From: Asterias rubens
Taxonomy: Eukaryota
Assembly: GCF_902459465.1 (NCBI RefSeq)
Contig: NC_047062.1
Span: forward strand, 992,001-1,056,000
Length of the DNA: 64,000 nucleotides
Direction: 5' to 3'
The notes beneath the pieces are model-generated. The model was not told the origin of the DNA. It worked only from the letters and a program-made list of their open reading frames with translations, and did no database searches. Position numbers and translations under genes: made by a program. Position 1 is the stretch's first letter; each line of letters begins with the position of its first letter. Positions 39,477-53,569 of the stretch are shown here, in pieces.

Positions 39477-41295
39477 TTAATGTTGCCAACCATTTCCGTC
39501 GATATGTCATTGAATACAAACTTGTTGTCTTCAAGACCAGATTAATATGTTGATTATTTTTACAAGGTTAATATGGAAACAATAGTTTGTGAATGATTAC
39601 CAGTTACACCACTCATGCTTATCAGAAACATTCGTTTTTGTCAGTAGCATCACAATGAAATAAAAAGACGACACTTATGCTTTTATTTCTAGGGCGAATG
39701 GAACACAAGTCACCCCAGCAAAAAGGCATTAACTTGTTAAGGTTGATGAATGGTTGTCATTGAATGTGTCACAATTTGGTTAAATTTGTAGTTTTCAATA
39801 AAAAAAGAGACAATCCCCATGTGAGTGTTCTGTTTGACCGTAAAGCAGGGTATCACCGTATAGGCAGGTGGGGCAGCTCAGTGACAAAACGGTTTCATGT
39901 CCTTTGCAAGCACGGTGGCCGCTGGTAATTTCCTTCGCATTTGCATATAAAAACCAGAAATAAAATTCTATTCGATTCGGACTGCTTTAAGACCATATAA
40001 AATGTTTTAAAGCAACAGCTATTGGGAATGACTATTCTGGAATAACTAGGAGCCTGCACAAGTTTTTACTCAATCTTTCATCGGATTCACACGAAAAAAA
40101 TAGTGCAAACAAATATTTCCACTGTTCTCAAACACGGTTGCGGACTCGCAAAATCACTTTTAATTGTTTTACTCATTCGTAAAACTATGACATTTCAGTC
40201 AAAACTATTTCAATTGATGCTTTGGCTATCTATACCATGTAAGAAAAGTACAAATTGCGAACATGTTGGTATACCCGGATGCTGAAATACTATAAGAAAA
40301 ATAATAACGGTATTGGGCGTGACGAGGTGCAAAAATCATTTATCAAATTAAACCGACCACCCTATATTCGAACTCATGTTCCGACACCCAATAGTATTTT
40401 CGTAACCATAAGGCTTTGTAAATCATCTGGGGGAGGGGGGGGGGTTCGGAACTTCGGGTAGTCACCCTAACAAACTACCCTGGCTTATTGACTGATTGTA
40501 AAAGCTCCAGATTATCGAACTCGACATCTATGACAAGCCTAAAAGCTCCCGTTGTTTTTCACCAACAAGTGATTTGTTGGTTACTCTTTGGAACAATAAT
40601 GATAGTAACATTTTCAAAATATAACAATACAGATTTAAATCGTTAAACCAACACACAATCAGTTTTTAGATACAGTTCTAGCAACTTATAAAGGACGACA
40701 CCCTGGACCGGAAAAAACCACCAAGATTTTTGATTAGATTTGTATTGATTTGTTTAAATTCTATTCGGGTAAAAACAAACAGCAAGACACGTGGCACAAT
40801 AGCCTAGATAAATTTTATTTGGCACAGTCGCCCACCTTTCCACGACGAATTGTTATACAGTGTGAAATGAAAATCTATTTTTCAGGGGACGTTTCTATAA
40901 TTACTGGTGAGTGGAAGAATTGTTTTTTCTCGATTGAGATGGTTATTTATCACAATCCCCTCTGGTCAGTATCTTCAGCTTTAACAGCCGGTATTCTTGC
41001 AATTTCCTCTGGACTGACAGGGGCATCAAGACGAACGACCATACATCATTCCCACATCCAACTATTCTCATAACTTATCTTCGTGTACAAAACGACGTCC
41101 ACTCTTTCCAGACTCTATATTATTCTGAATTGTAACAAGAATCTGCTTTCAATGTACCTCAGTTCAAAATGAGATTAAGACTTGGTTGAAATTACCTCAG
41201 GTAAATGTTGATTTTACCAATTTGAATGCACACTGTATTATTACAAGTGTTTGGTGGACTTGGGATCGCCAGTAGCGGAATCACCCATAAATTAA

Positions 41296-41633
41296 AGGCA
41301 CTGAACAACTTTAGTAATTGTCAAAGACCAGTATTCTCACTTGGTGCACATTTATATGCATAAAATAGCAAACCTGTGAAAATCTCAGTTGCAAGAGAAA
41401 GAAGAAACACACTTGTTGTACAAATTTGTGTGCTTTCAGATGCCTGAGAAGGGCTTCAGGCATGAAGTCTTTTAATATTTGAGTGAGATATTACCTCTTT
41501 CTCAAAAACTACGTAAATTCACAGGGAGCCATTTCTCAGTGTTATACCAACAGCTCCCCATTACTCGCTACCAAGTCAGTTTTTATGCTAACAAATAACT
41601 ATTTTAAGTAATTACCAAGAGCGTCAAATGCCT
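41296..41633 (+). mobile_element. MITE family A, diverged
   Basis: TTAA at both ends, internal homology. Confidence 0.8.
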
Positions 41634-42554
41634 TTAAAAATGATGAAAATCCGTGGATAAATAAACGCCTACGCGTTTAAATACAAAAATTTAAGGGTCT
41701 TTTGTGGAAATATAGAAGCTTTCCCCAGGGAGAAAATACGAAATCAACGGCATGGGATGCCGGCGGTTGTCGCGTTTTGTATTATAAGATTGCCCAACGG
41801 CAAGTTTGACTACAGAGTTGTCGCATACAGACACAAATCACACGAAGGAAATAGGTTGTTTTTTCTTGTTCTTATTAATTATTTGTTACAAATGTGCACA
41901 AGTTTGAAAAGAGATGAATGCAGAATTATTTATACTCCAGAAAAACGACTCGTTAGTGCCTTTATAAGAATGGACAAATAATACTCTTGTGTTATAACAA
42001 TGCGTTATCGGTTTTTAAAATGATTTGACCATAGTTGTAATCCTCCGGGTGTGTGATTCAACAGGATCTCCGACTTCCCATTTCACAATCCCACAACCAT
42101 CACCAGAAAGGTTGTTCACACCCACCTTTTTGGCTTCTGAAGTGTTCCTTTAGTGAACTCTCTAGTTGTCACCTTTTATGACGCGTCGATTTGGTGGTTA
42201 ATGTATACAAAAAATAACATTTCTGTTTGCCTCAGCTATGGTAGAATAGAGCAGCTGAACTTTCCAAAGAAATTCAGATCAATTAAATTAAATTCAAATA
42301 AAATCCACATTTATTTCCATATTGGTGAAAAAATGAGAATAATAAACAAATTGAGAACAATAATTGAAGTCAAAGACAGTCGAGAACTTGTCGAAAAAAA
42401 AGACATGAATAATGAAATGACAATAATTTAATGTAATGGATATAGAGCTACATGATCAATAAAACACGATGTCGTCATTTCTGCAACGTCCACACTGTCA
42501 ACAAGCAAATATTAATTATTAAGGAGATCGATTTTTAAATTGTTTGAACCGTTG

Positions 42555-42635
42555 AAAAAAGATGGCCACTGCAAGAAAAAGATGGCTGCAAGAAAAAAGA
42601 TGGCCACTACAAAATAACTGGCCACTGCAAGAACA
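42555..42635. repeat. Degenerate ~20-bp minisatellite
   Basis: aaaagatggccactgcaag-like unit about 4 times. Confidence 0.8.
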
Positions 42636-43639
42636 ACAAAATTGTCACTTCAAGAGAACTTCCCCTTGAAACCTTTTCTCAGCTGTTCCGAAAGCAAAGG
42701 CCAGAAGTATATTGGAAGTGAGTTTGACATTATTAGTCGCACCATCGACCCATTGCTGTCACCGGGAAATACGAAGCGTATCTTATTTATAGAGAATCCC
42801 TTGAACATTCAACATTAAACAAAACAAAAACGGACAAAGACATTAACCGGTTTTCTGTCGTTTTCACTAAAAAGGTAACCCCCAAATTTGATGAAAATGT
42901 CACAGGTTGTTTTGATGTTGTGTTTGTAGGAAACTAGAGGGTGGAAATTTAATCTTCAAAACCACACTGGTGTTCGTCTGTATTATTAACCTTCCAAAGA
43001 ACAAACAAAACAATACGTATATTGTCAATGATAAACCGCCGGTGTTTTTTTTAATCATCGATATTGCACAATAATTTAAGCGAGTGGCCCCATAGTTTCT
43101 GGGTTTAACCTAATCCAGATGCACTTTAGACGTGTCATCCATGATAATGTTTCACCAAAGCATTATATATTTAAGATCGATTTGCTTTTATAGGATCAAT
43201 CTCCATGAAGGACCGACTGTTGACTAAACCGAAATACACCGGGGTTTAGAGAGTGGACATAACGTCCAGTAAACCACATCGTATAGGAAATCCATCCTTT
43301 CTAAGGGTGAATTGAACAGTGTTCCATTAGTCCTTCAAATTGGGTTCTTTTTTTTAAGAAGTATGGGAACCATCACTCTCTAGTTTCCAATGAGGTTTCA
43401 GACAACCTGAAGCTTACCTCGAGGCACTATTGTTATGTTCTCCTGTCACCATGCTGTATTCCTGTCAATTTCGCCAGCTAATATTTCCCCGCGATTGAAT
43501 CGCTGTTATTAGATTGCGTTAAATAAGTGGCAGCAGGCCTTTGTTTGGTTTGTTACTGTACATTTTGGAAGGGCGATTTCTTTGATGGCAAGCAGTCGTG
43601 GTAATGGTTTGGGACACCTTCAATTTGATTGTCTGGCAC

Positions 43640-44090
43640 TGAGTGAATTTCCTCGTCTCTGATTGATTGTGGAAAGGCATGTTGAGAAGGAGTGTGTGCT
43701 GACATCAACTCAAAGGAGTATGGAAGCCACGCCCATCCCACTCCGACAATAGAAACATATGTCCCAATGTGTCCACAGAGTGGATATTTTGCATTCGGAC
43801 ATAAGAACAGTGCCAGAAATGTTTGACTTTGAGTTGTAGCTTAAAATACTATCGATGGTTAGGGAAATGTATAGTGTTGCTTATATCTGGCAACGATGCT
43901 GACATCAAACTCAAAGGAGTACGGAAGCCACGCCCCTACCACTCCGACCATAGAAAACATGGCATAATGAGTCTATATAGAGTGGATATTATGCACTCAG
44001 ACTTAAGGAAAGAGTTCCAAAACTGTTAGATTTGGTGGAACAGCTTAACATCCTATCGATGGTAGGGAAATATGCACTTAAATATCTATC
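43640..44090 (+). pseudogene. Decayed ankyrin-repeat-like relic
   Basis: Two imperfect direct units with 200-bp period (starts 43699 and 43899), about two 33-aa repeats each. Translations include EK..ADINSK and VLLISGNDADIKLK, resembling the ankyrin LL..GADVN.K motif. Confidence 0.45.
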
Positions 44091-46622
44091 AATGAGTCGA
44101 ACGAAACTTGATATCAAAAAGACAGTCGAAGAAACCCTAGGTAAACTGACATTTGATAACAACTAAAGCTATTTCCTCTGAGTTACATGCGTATGGTTTT
44201 TAGCATCGAGCGTTTAATAGTCAAACTGCACATAAAACTCATCTGAGTAAATATAACCTGATGATTTTGGTCTTATTTTCGTGACCCTACTGTCCCAGCT
44301 ACAAACCCACGCTAAAGTGACCACCGGTGTGTACAAAGTATGAGTTTCTGTCAGATTTTTCTTGTTGTATTGAAATTTGATATTTCCGAATCTTGTTCTT
44401 TGGAGAGTCAGAGTAATACGAGTATATTTTGAATTTCCCTAATGGCCAGATTCCTTTAGAAATACATAGACATTCCGAAGATGATATACTTATAAGTCTG
44501 ACTATAGGCGTCAAGTCGAGGATGTTCACGTCACGATTGGGAGTGTGTGTGCTCATAACAGACAATAGTCATTATACTTCAGACTTGAAATCGAGTCTAG
44601 CTTCTTGTTCGTAATCAACCAGAGTCTAGCAAGGGCTTTGCCACCTGTTGCCCTAATTGTCTTCAATAAAAAGCACACTTGAAATGTTTATATCACTCAA
44701 GTTTGAACGGTGCCAAAATCTTGACCACCAGTGTCTAAGAAATTACATTTAATTAAGTGCGTATCTGATGAGAGAGGACATGAGGTGTCAGATTTCTTAA
44801 GAAATGACTCTCTGTTAACATGTACTGGTGATTAAATTTCAAATCATTCTGTCCAGACATACTGTCATATATTGCTCCCATTGAAAGGGACATTCATATC
44901 AATTCAATTCAATATGATCAGAAGCGAAATATGAAACTTTACCAGAGACCGCCTCCATATTTCTGATATCTGAATTACTACCAGTGTAAAACTACATTGA
45001 AGCTGATGTCAAATGCATTAAATCTTCGGTGTTTATTTGTAATTCTAGAAAACTAAATAAACTTAATCGATTGGTGACTGGGCAATATTTCGATGATTAA
45101 AGGAATATAAAGGAATTGGTAAGAAAAAAAAACTCGTCTGAGATCACAGATTTACATAAAACGTACACGGTCTAATAATGATGATAGTAGAAAATATCCC
45201 ATGTCATATTTGATGAGAAATAAATAAAACTTGTATCCCGTTTGGAGTTTATTAGTTTAGAATTCGATGTCATGCAAAATGTGATAATCGTCTTTTTTTT
45301 CGCTGTTTTTCTTTTCTTGACCCAGATGACCGTTCAATTTCCAACTTTTATAACAGCTTACACTGCCAGCAAACTGCATTGTTCCTAAAAAAACAATTTT
45401 GTAATGTTGCTTTAATGTGGAAGTCTGTTGTAGTTTTTAGGACAAGGTCTTAAGATGGGCTTATTAGGTCGGGTTTATTAAATAACCTCCTTAAGGGATA
45501 CAACGTACACCAACAACCCCCTACTGGGAGAACATATGGGTTCGCATTTTACACGATCCTTATATTAGCTTACCTAGACAAGAACTCAAACAAACCCAAG
45601 CACAGCAGGCGATGTTATTTGACATATAGCTTGAATTCAATTTCATATTTCAAATCAGTTTTAATATCACTGGCTTGGTGTCTTAGAGTGATCATCTAAG
45701 ACATGTCAGTTTTTATTTCCTTCAAGTTAAGACTTAAGTGCATATACCGATCATATTGTGAGTTTACACTGAAGAAGTCTTGTCATTTTCAAGATCATTA
45801 AACAAAAATGACAACTTGCAATCATTCGATAATGTCATCTTAAAAATAAGTTGTTGAAAAATTGATAATCATTATGTTTATACATCTGCGGGTTGAAAAG
45901 ATGTCCTATTTCGAAAACCAATAATACCACGATCCAATCGACGGATCATTGTTGCATGCCTAAAGTGTGCTTCCCGATAAATATGAAAAAAACAAAGATA
46001 CGGTCTCATTAATATTTTTTAGGCCTTCCATTTTTCCTTTTTCTAACAGATTTTAGAGCACAAGAAAAGGGATACAGTGTACGTTTGTTGTGACCTGGGG
46101 GTCGTTGGCTTCCAATTTATTTTGGTTGACGGATAGCCCCTGAAATAAAAAGTCCTTTTTGCCAAGACGTTAATGCACATTTTTCAAGAGCGATGCTCGG
46201 ACGTTTGGAAAATTACATGGGTGTAGGGGTAATTTTATTTGGAAGGTGAATAACTCGACGGGCACGAGGACTCCCCATATCCTCTCAAATCCAATTTCCC
46301 CTTTACTGTAAAAAGCTGTGGGACTTTTAAGTATTATTTGTTCGTGTATAGTCAGCATTTTGCACTTTATGCCATTGGTGTTTATTTTGTGATGTGCAAC
46401 CCTAAGCCCTCATGCTGAAGCTGTAGAATCAAAGAATGATCTTTCTCAAGCTTACCACATCTCAGTGCACACGAATAATAACAGCCCAAAGGAACAAAAT
46501 TGTTCCATCCGTCCAATTCACCCAATGTGTCTGCTTGGATTCAAAGCTCGTTTCCTCTCCCAAAAAGGAAATTATATATGAACACTGTACTTGATTTCAC
46601 AAAGCACTGTGATTCATCTTAA

Positions 46623-46993
46623 AGACACTGGACACTATTGGTAATTGTCAAAGACCAGTCTTCTCACTTGGTGTATCTCAACATATGTACAAAATAACAA
46701 ACCTGTAGAAGGTCGTCAAAGTTGCAAGATAATAATGAAAGAAAAAAAAACCAGGCACGCTTTTCACACGAAGTTGTGTGCTTTCAGATGCTTGATTTTG
46801 GGACCTCAAAATCTAATTCTGAGGTCTCGAAATTAAATTCAAATATTTGAGTGGAAATTACTTCGCAAACTTCGTTACTTCAGAGGGAGCCGTTTCTCAC
46901 AATGTTTTACACTATGAACAGCTCTCCTTTGCTTGTTTTTAAGTTTTTATGCTAACAAATATTATGAGGAATTACCAAGAGTGTCTTGTGCCT
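46623..46993 (+). mobile_element. MITE family A
   Basis: Shares TTAA 46994-46997 with the next copy. Confidence 0.9.
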
Positions 46994-46997
46994 TTAA

Positions 46998-47371
46998 AGG
47001 CAGTGGACACTATTGGTAATTACTCAAAATAATTACAAGCATAAAACCTTACTTGGTATTGAGTAATGGGGAGAGGTTGATAGTACATTGTGAGAATTGG
47101 CTCCCTCTAAAGTGATGTAGTTTTCGAGAAAGAAGTGATTTTCCACGAATTTGATTTCGAGACCTCGGATTTAGAACTTGAGGTATCGAAATCAACCATC
47201 TAAACGCACACAACTTCGTGTGACAAGGGTGTTTTTTTCTTTCATTATTATCTCGCAAGTTCGATCACAAATTGAGCTCAAATTTTCACAGGTTTGTTAT
47301 TTTATGCATATGTTTAGATACACCAACTGTGAAGGCTATTCTTTGACAATTACCAATAGTGTCCACTGCCT
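46998..47371 (-). mobile_element. MITE family A
   Basis: Near-perfect TIRs AGGCAGTGGACACTATTGGTAATT, TTAA TSD. Confidence 0.92.
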
Positions 47372-47992
47372 TTAATATGAGTTGTCTGGTAATACTATAG
47401 TGATATGCATTGTGACATCACACTTTGCTTACATAGCATTTAAGATGGATTCACACTTAAGATCAATCTTAGCTCTTCGTGATGTCAAGATCTTGTTAAG
47501 AACATAATACATTTCCGTTGTTAGTTAAACACGCCAGCTTCTGAACTTCAAAATGTTCACCAACTTCAACTTCTTTAGTACAAAAAACCTCAAGGAACAC
47601 CGATTAAATGATGACGTCAAAGAATTTTCCCTTAATTTCATCCCCTAAAACAAAAAAAGCACTCAGAAGTATTTCTGGCATAGGAAAGGGAAATCCTCGT
47701 CATGCTACCATGACAATTACTCTCAAGAGAGATTTGTTTTTAGACTTCACAAAGATTATCTCTGTCAGTTGTTAGAGGGCAGAGAGTGTGCTGAAAGACA
47801 TTTTGCTATCTCCATAAGATATAAAAACATATTTCTATTGAATTAAACAATAACAGAGTGGTGTGGGTTGGTGGTGAAGTGCCCCAGTCTCAGGTTTCAT
47901 TAACGGCGGTGTGTTGGTGCGAACCCAGATGTGGTAGTTGTGACTGTGATTAGGATGTTTCACTTTCATAAAGCCTACATGTTGTTTTTGTA

Positions 47993-48165
47993 TAAGGCAC
48001 TGGACACCTTTGGTAATTGCCAAAGACAAGTTTTCTCACTTGGTGATAATTTTTACTCATTTGGTCATCGAAGTTCCAAGAAAAATAATGAAATAGCAAA
48101 CACCGTTGTTGCACAAATTGGTTAGCTTTCAGAATGCTCAAAAAAGGCTTCAGGCATGAAGCCTT
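47993..48165 (+). mobile_element. MITE family A, 5-prime half
   Basis: taaggcactggacacctttggtaattgccaaagac. Confidence 0.75.
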
Positions 48166-48229
48166 TTATTGATTATTAGTATACACATAATGAATGTTTA
48201 TGAGTGCAATGGTGCGAATATGTTCATGA

Positions 48230-48296
48230 GTTGAAAGATGGAATGTTCTATTCAACGAGGCGGAGCCGAGTTGAATGGAACATTCCAGCTTTCAAC
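48230..48296. repeat. 27-bp-arm hairpin (MITE core)
   Basis: gttgaaagatggaatgttctattcaac / gttgaatggaacattccagctttcaac, two mismatches. Confidence 0.8.
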
Positions 48297-48894
48297 GAAT
48301 ATTTCACTTCTTATCTCCTGGCACTATCCGTCCGTACAATCCGCCCATATTCCTCACTGTATACAAGAAAGCAAAGAAGTGCAGCATTGACTGCCTGGTT
48401 TAGACACAACATACCGATGGTTTGTTAGATGAACACATATAGGGCTCTGACCTTCTAATACCTTGCTGAGACTGTTTATTCTTCGTAACAATGAAACTAT
48501 TGCACTTATGGTTTCTATAATTTCCATTTACAGCTGTCGGAAAGTCTGCAATCTGTTTTGATACTGTGTTTGAGAAATAATTGAAACATAATGGTAATTC
48601 GCACATTTGAAATTAAGCGGATGCAACCGTGTATAGCCGTTGGTATCTGTTTCAAAAGCTGTGGATTCGCACACGAGTACGTGCAGTCACTGTGTGGACG
48701 TTCATTTATTCATTTGTTATCTACACTGAAGGAAAATCCTTATCCTTAACACTGTAAAAAAAACTGTGTGGACGTGTGTAATTCGACATCGTATTTCTAG
48801 TCCCTTGATTGTGGACCTATTTTGTTCTAAAATGCACATCTTCGCACACATTCTCAAAAATGACTCCTTTCTCTTCCTTTTCCCCTGCACTTAA

Positions 48895-49271
48895 AGGCAG
48901 TGGACACTATTGGTAATTACTCAAAATGATTATCATCATAAACTCTTAGTTAGTAACGAGTAATGGAGAGGGGTTGATGTTATGAAACATTGTGAGAAAC
49001 GGCTCCCTCTGAAGTGACATAGTTTTTGAGAAAGAAGTAATTTTCCACGAGTTTGATTTCGAGACCTCAGTTTAGAACTTGAGGTCTCGAAATCAAGCAT
49101 CTGAACGCACACAACTTCGTGTGACAATAGTGTTTTTTCTTTCATTATTATCTCGCAACTTCGACGACCGATTAGGCTCAAATTTTCACAGGTTTGTTAT
49201 ACTATGTATATGTTGAGATACACCAAGTGTGAAGACTAGCCTTTGACAATTACCAATAGTGTCCACTGTCT
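48895..49271 (-). mobile_element. MITE family A
   Basis: Both TIRs, TTAA TSD. Confidence 0.92.
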
Positions 49272-49383
49272 TTAAAAACTTCCCAAAGACTTTGTACACA
49301 AGTTTACTTGTGAGGCACGTCTTTTTGCGAGTCCTGTTGTTTTCATGTTTAGGGGTCATTTGTCTACAATAAGATAGGCTTAC

Positions 49384-49493
49384 CCAACATAAGCACAGTC
49401 GTGGAAACACATACGGTCCTATGGCGCCAATGCAAGACGGCCGACTTGACGATATCAAGTCGACCCATGGCATCATAGCTAAACGAGTCCTGA
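49384..49493 (-). other. Candidate 110-nt exon
   Basis: Acceptor ttacaattacag, donor TGG|GTAAGC, Kozak-like gccATGG (MGRLDIVKSAVLHWRHRTVCVSTTVLML). Confidence 0.3.
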
Positions 49494-49877
49494 CTGTAAT
49501 TGTAACATGATTCGGGGGTGTGGTACCCCAGAGGTTCAATGCACTAGGTTGCCACTGTAGTAGTCTAAGGATGACATAAACTATTCTCCAGTGGGATTCT
49601 TAAAGGTATTAGGAAGTAGCGGAAAGGGCATTGACAGCCGTGTAATTGCTCTTTTAGAAACAGGCGGGAAAAACTAAGATCGACTGTCATTCATGACGCA
49701 GTATTATATACGACTAAACTCTATGACCAAATCTTAAGCATTTATAACAATCTTTCCTGTAGTTTGTGTTTAAACACACGACCACAGGAAGTACAGATAG
49801 TACTCTGTCCACAATCACAGAGAAAGGATAGAGGGTGTTTCTTTGTTTTTCACTTGTGCGTAAGGTCCGGAGTTTAA

Positions 49878-50250
49878 AGGAACACGTTGCCTTGGATCGG
49901 TCGAGTTGGTATTTGAAAATCGTTCTGTAACCGTTTGTTGTAAAATGTGTATGGTTAGAAAGATATTGTAAATGTAGAATACAATGATCTACACAAATAT
50001 GCCTCGAAATTGCGTGGTTTTCTTTTTACCCTGTCGACTAACACGGTCGGCCAATTATGGGAGTCAAAATTTTGACTCCCATAAATGGCCGACCGTGATA
50101 AGTCGGGAAAACCGTGCAGTTTCGAGTGATACTTGTGTGGATCATTATACTCTACTTTTAAAACATCTTTCTAACCATATGCATTTCATAACAAACGGTT
50201 TCAAACGCTTTTTATAGACCAACTCGTCCGATCCAAGGCAACGTGTTTCT
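49878..50250. mobile_element. MITE family B (TTAA TSD)
   Basis: TIR AGGAACACGTTGCCTTGGATCGGNCGAGTTGGT at both ends. Confidence 0.9.
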
Positions 50251-53200
50251 TTAATAGCTTTGCACATAGACAAAAAAAGTGTATGGTACAGATGGCGCCC
50301 TGTCTTAATTACGCAGACACTCATTGTGCCGAAACGTTGTTGTATTCAACACACGATCCGACCAATTTGGATTAACTGCTGTACGTTGACAAAACTTCCG
50401 GCTTGGTTATCCCTTGCATAACACAAAAAAATGCTCCACTTCAAACAATGAAACAATGAAGAATTAAAAACAATACTATGTGGAATAAATACAAATCGTT
50501 CATTGTTCGGTGATGCAAGAACGGGTGAATGCCATTGGGCATTCATTTACAATAATTTGCATTACAGTACAGTACAGTCCAAATGCTGTTGTTGTTTTTA
50601 CACAAAGTATAGCTGCACAGAGAATTCTTCCTCGTTTTAAATTCTTTGGTAACAAAAACAAACCATGGGTAAAAAAACACTATGTAAATCCAAAGCAATT
50701 AGTTTTCCAAACACAAATGTTATATTTTCCTTTGGCCCCATTTTCAATTATGAGGCCTGCAAGTGGCGGGGCTGGAATTTATTTTTTTCCCTCGGATAAG
50801 AAGTGTGGCCTGTCGGCCAAGTACTGCGATTCGAGAGCAAAGTAGGCACTCAGTCAGCTGCCTAATCTCCTCAAATCCTTTCAGAAGTTAACCTGCCGCC
50901 ATCGTGTTGGTAAATTATTGCAGATCTTGTGTGGAATATCCTTTATTGTGAGCATGTGTTTTCCCTGCGACGCTTGGTCTATCAAATGCATATAGCCCAG
51001 ATATGTCGCAAATAAACATGTACCCAACAATTGTTACGGTTTGTAGTCTACATAAACGTCCTACTCCGAATTGATAATTTTGTTGCAAGTTATTGAACCT
51101 CGTAGCTCGTAAGGAACAAATACATCACTTATTAAAAACATTAAGAAACAGTTGTTCTGTTGTTCTAAGATTGTGCATATGCTACAACCATCTAGCACAG
51201 CTGAGAGTCATTGGTCTCTAAACCTACTTTCCCACCAGGGACCACAGAGCTAATTTGCAGGGTTGAATGTGTTTCTTTCTAAAAGATTAGACCGTCACAG
51301 ATCCATAATTTGCATATTGATCACATGTGCGTGTTGCAATTGCCTAAACATGATTTTTTGAAGCAAAATTGTACACTAAATTGACTAAAATTTAAATGTA
51401 GTATTAACTACTTCAGTCTTTGCCTTTGGTCTGTGCAACCGACACCTTTTATTGAATTATGTGTTCATATTATTTGTGGTAGTTTGTAAAGCAAAGTTGC
51501 ACACAATAATCTCGTGTTTCCGAGATGTTTTGCGTGGTTTAGGAGAAAAGGTGCAGTTGGTTACGTATTTCATGTCAATGTGGACTACTCTTCGGCCAGG
51601 AATGGCACATCATGTATATGATCTTCTAAGACTTATGCTCTAGCAATGCTCAGGTTTCGGGAGTGATTTGACTGGGCGAGAAGAACTCGGGAAAGTACCG
51701 AGTAGACAATGCTAAATACACATCGGTGTAAGTGTGAAACCAAAGTTCCATTTTTTATTCCCAATTCAAAAATAATAGATACTAAATGCACTTTATACCT
51801 TTTGGAAAAGTGCTAAATAAGTCAACAAAATTCACCAAAAGATGTCAATACTTTTCCCCTTTCAAAAAGGCAAAAGTGAAAATAAATCATGACTTTGAAA
51901 ATAACTGCTTCACTTAAACTCAAGGTCTACCAGCTACTTCTTTTTCATGAAAGATTACCTCCCAAATGGCGCTCCTCATATTGTCAATTACCATTCCAGG
52001 AAAAACATTACTGAGGAAATGCCTGAACTATATCAAAACGCCACTCTGTATAAGCATCATTTTCCAGTAATCTCTAAAGAGATATTTCCATCAAATAGTT
52101 TGCAACATCAATAAACCAATCAATCACAACATCCCTACTGCCTTTAAGCCACCCTAACCCAATGGAGTAATTACCCGTAAGGCCTGGTCTATTCCTTATT
52201 GATGTATATCAAAACATCATTCTATGGAGTATCAAAGTGCTTTACGGTCTTAATCACAGCGATAAAAATGATTAAGTCACAACTTCTGATGAATCGAGTT
52301 CAATAAAAAGACCAATGCCACTGATTACGACAAAGGCTGCTATCTACTTCGGATAAATGGAGACAGATTGGGGACATGGGAGGAGGAAAATGTTGTTCAC
52401 GTTCTGAAACTACCAGGGATTTCTTTTTGTCTATTATAAAAAGGCACAATCTATCTTGTATATTGTGTGTGGCTGCACCTGAGGGTGATTGCAGCTTTTG
52501 AGTCTAAGTTATTGAAGAAAAAATATATAATAATACAAATCAGGAAACTCCCTTTTCAATTAGATAGCAAGGAAGTCATTCACCTGGGAAATATGGGCAG
52601 CTGAATTGGATTGATGTGTCTTTGACATCTAATGCATATCAGATTCTGATTACTATACGAGGCAGGTGCTTCGTACTAACTAAATGGTGCATTTGCAAAT
52701 GTCAGACAAGCTCTGCATTTATACGTTGCTGACATCTCACATGATTTTCCGGTACAAATAAAAGCAACTCTCTGTTTCATTATTGTTTTTCTCTTGATTG
52801 GAGTTACACGACTCCGTCCATTTCACACTCAAAAACATCTCATAATTCACAAACAAAACAATCCAAAACTTATCTACAAATTAAAGGAATGATTAAAGAT
52901 TAGGTTTCCTAGAGATATACAAAACAAATTAGGGGAAGTCATTAATTAGGTATCCACAAATAATGCAGACTGAGTACATACAATTGAAACGAAAATTAAT
53001 AGTTAAATTCCATTTGATTGGCCTTATTAATTAGCACAGAGTATTATTTCTAGAGCAAACATACACAGATTCTGTTTTATTATTTCATAAAACCAAAGTA
53101 GCAGTGCACAGAAATGAATTTTAACTACGGTTCTTGGTTTTTAAGTATGAAAAATGTGCATTTATTTATTCGAATAAAGTTACAGACTAGGATATCAAAA

Positions 53201-53569
53201 TATATTCAACTCTGTCAGTGGAATATTTGCCGAAGGAGGCTCTGATTTGAGATTATTGAGACAGTACTCTGTCAAATCAGCAGAGATTGGATGAAGGGTG
53301 TCAAGGGTTGGGGCGGGTGTGGGTTGTGGTGTGGGTAGGGGTGGACAACATTCTTACACCTTATCGACATACTCTCAAGGCAGGCCAAGTGGTCCAATGT
53401 CCATTACTTCGTCACCTTGTATCCAAGTTACTTCGTAACAAAAATAGCAAAACTAGGTCACTTCATACTCGAGTCACTTCGTACTAACTAGGCCACTACC
53501 AAGGTAGATTCGTACCCAAATCATTTTGTACCTCATTATTGTCTGAATCTGCTGACTGATGTAGCTAGC

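Noticed and set aside
40750-41140. 107-aa plus ORF and minus-strand frame with another UGA-Cys-Met
   Set aside because: Weak splice signals and early stops; the recurrence of TGATGTATG is compatible with chance.
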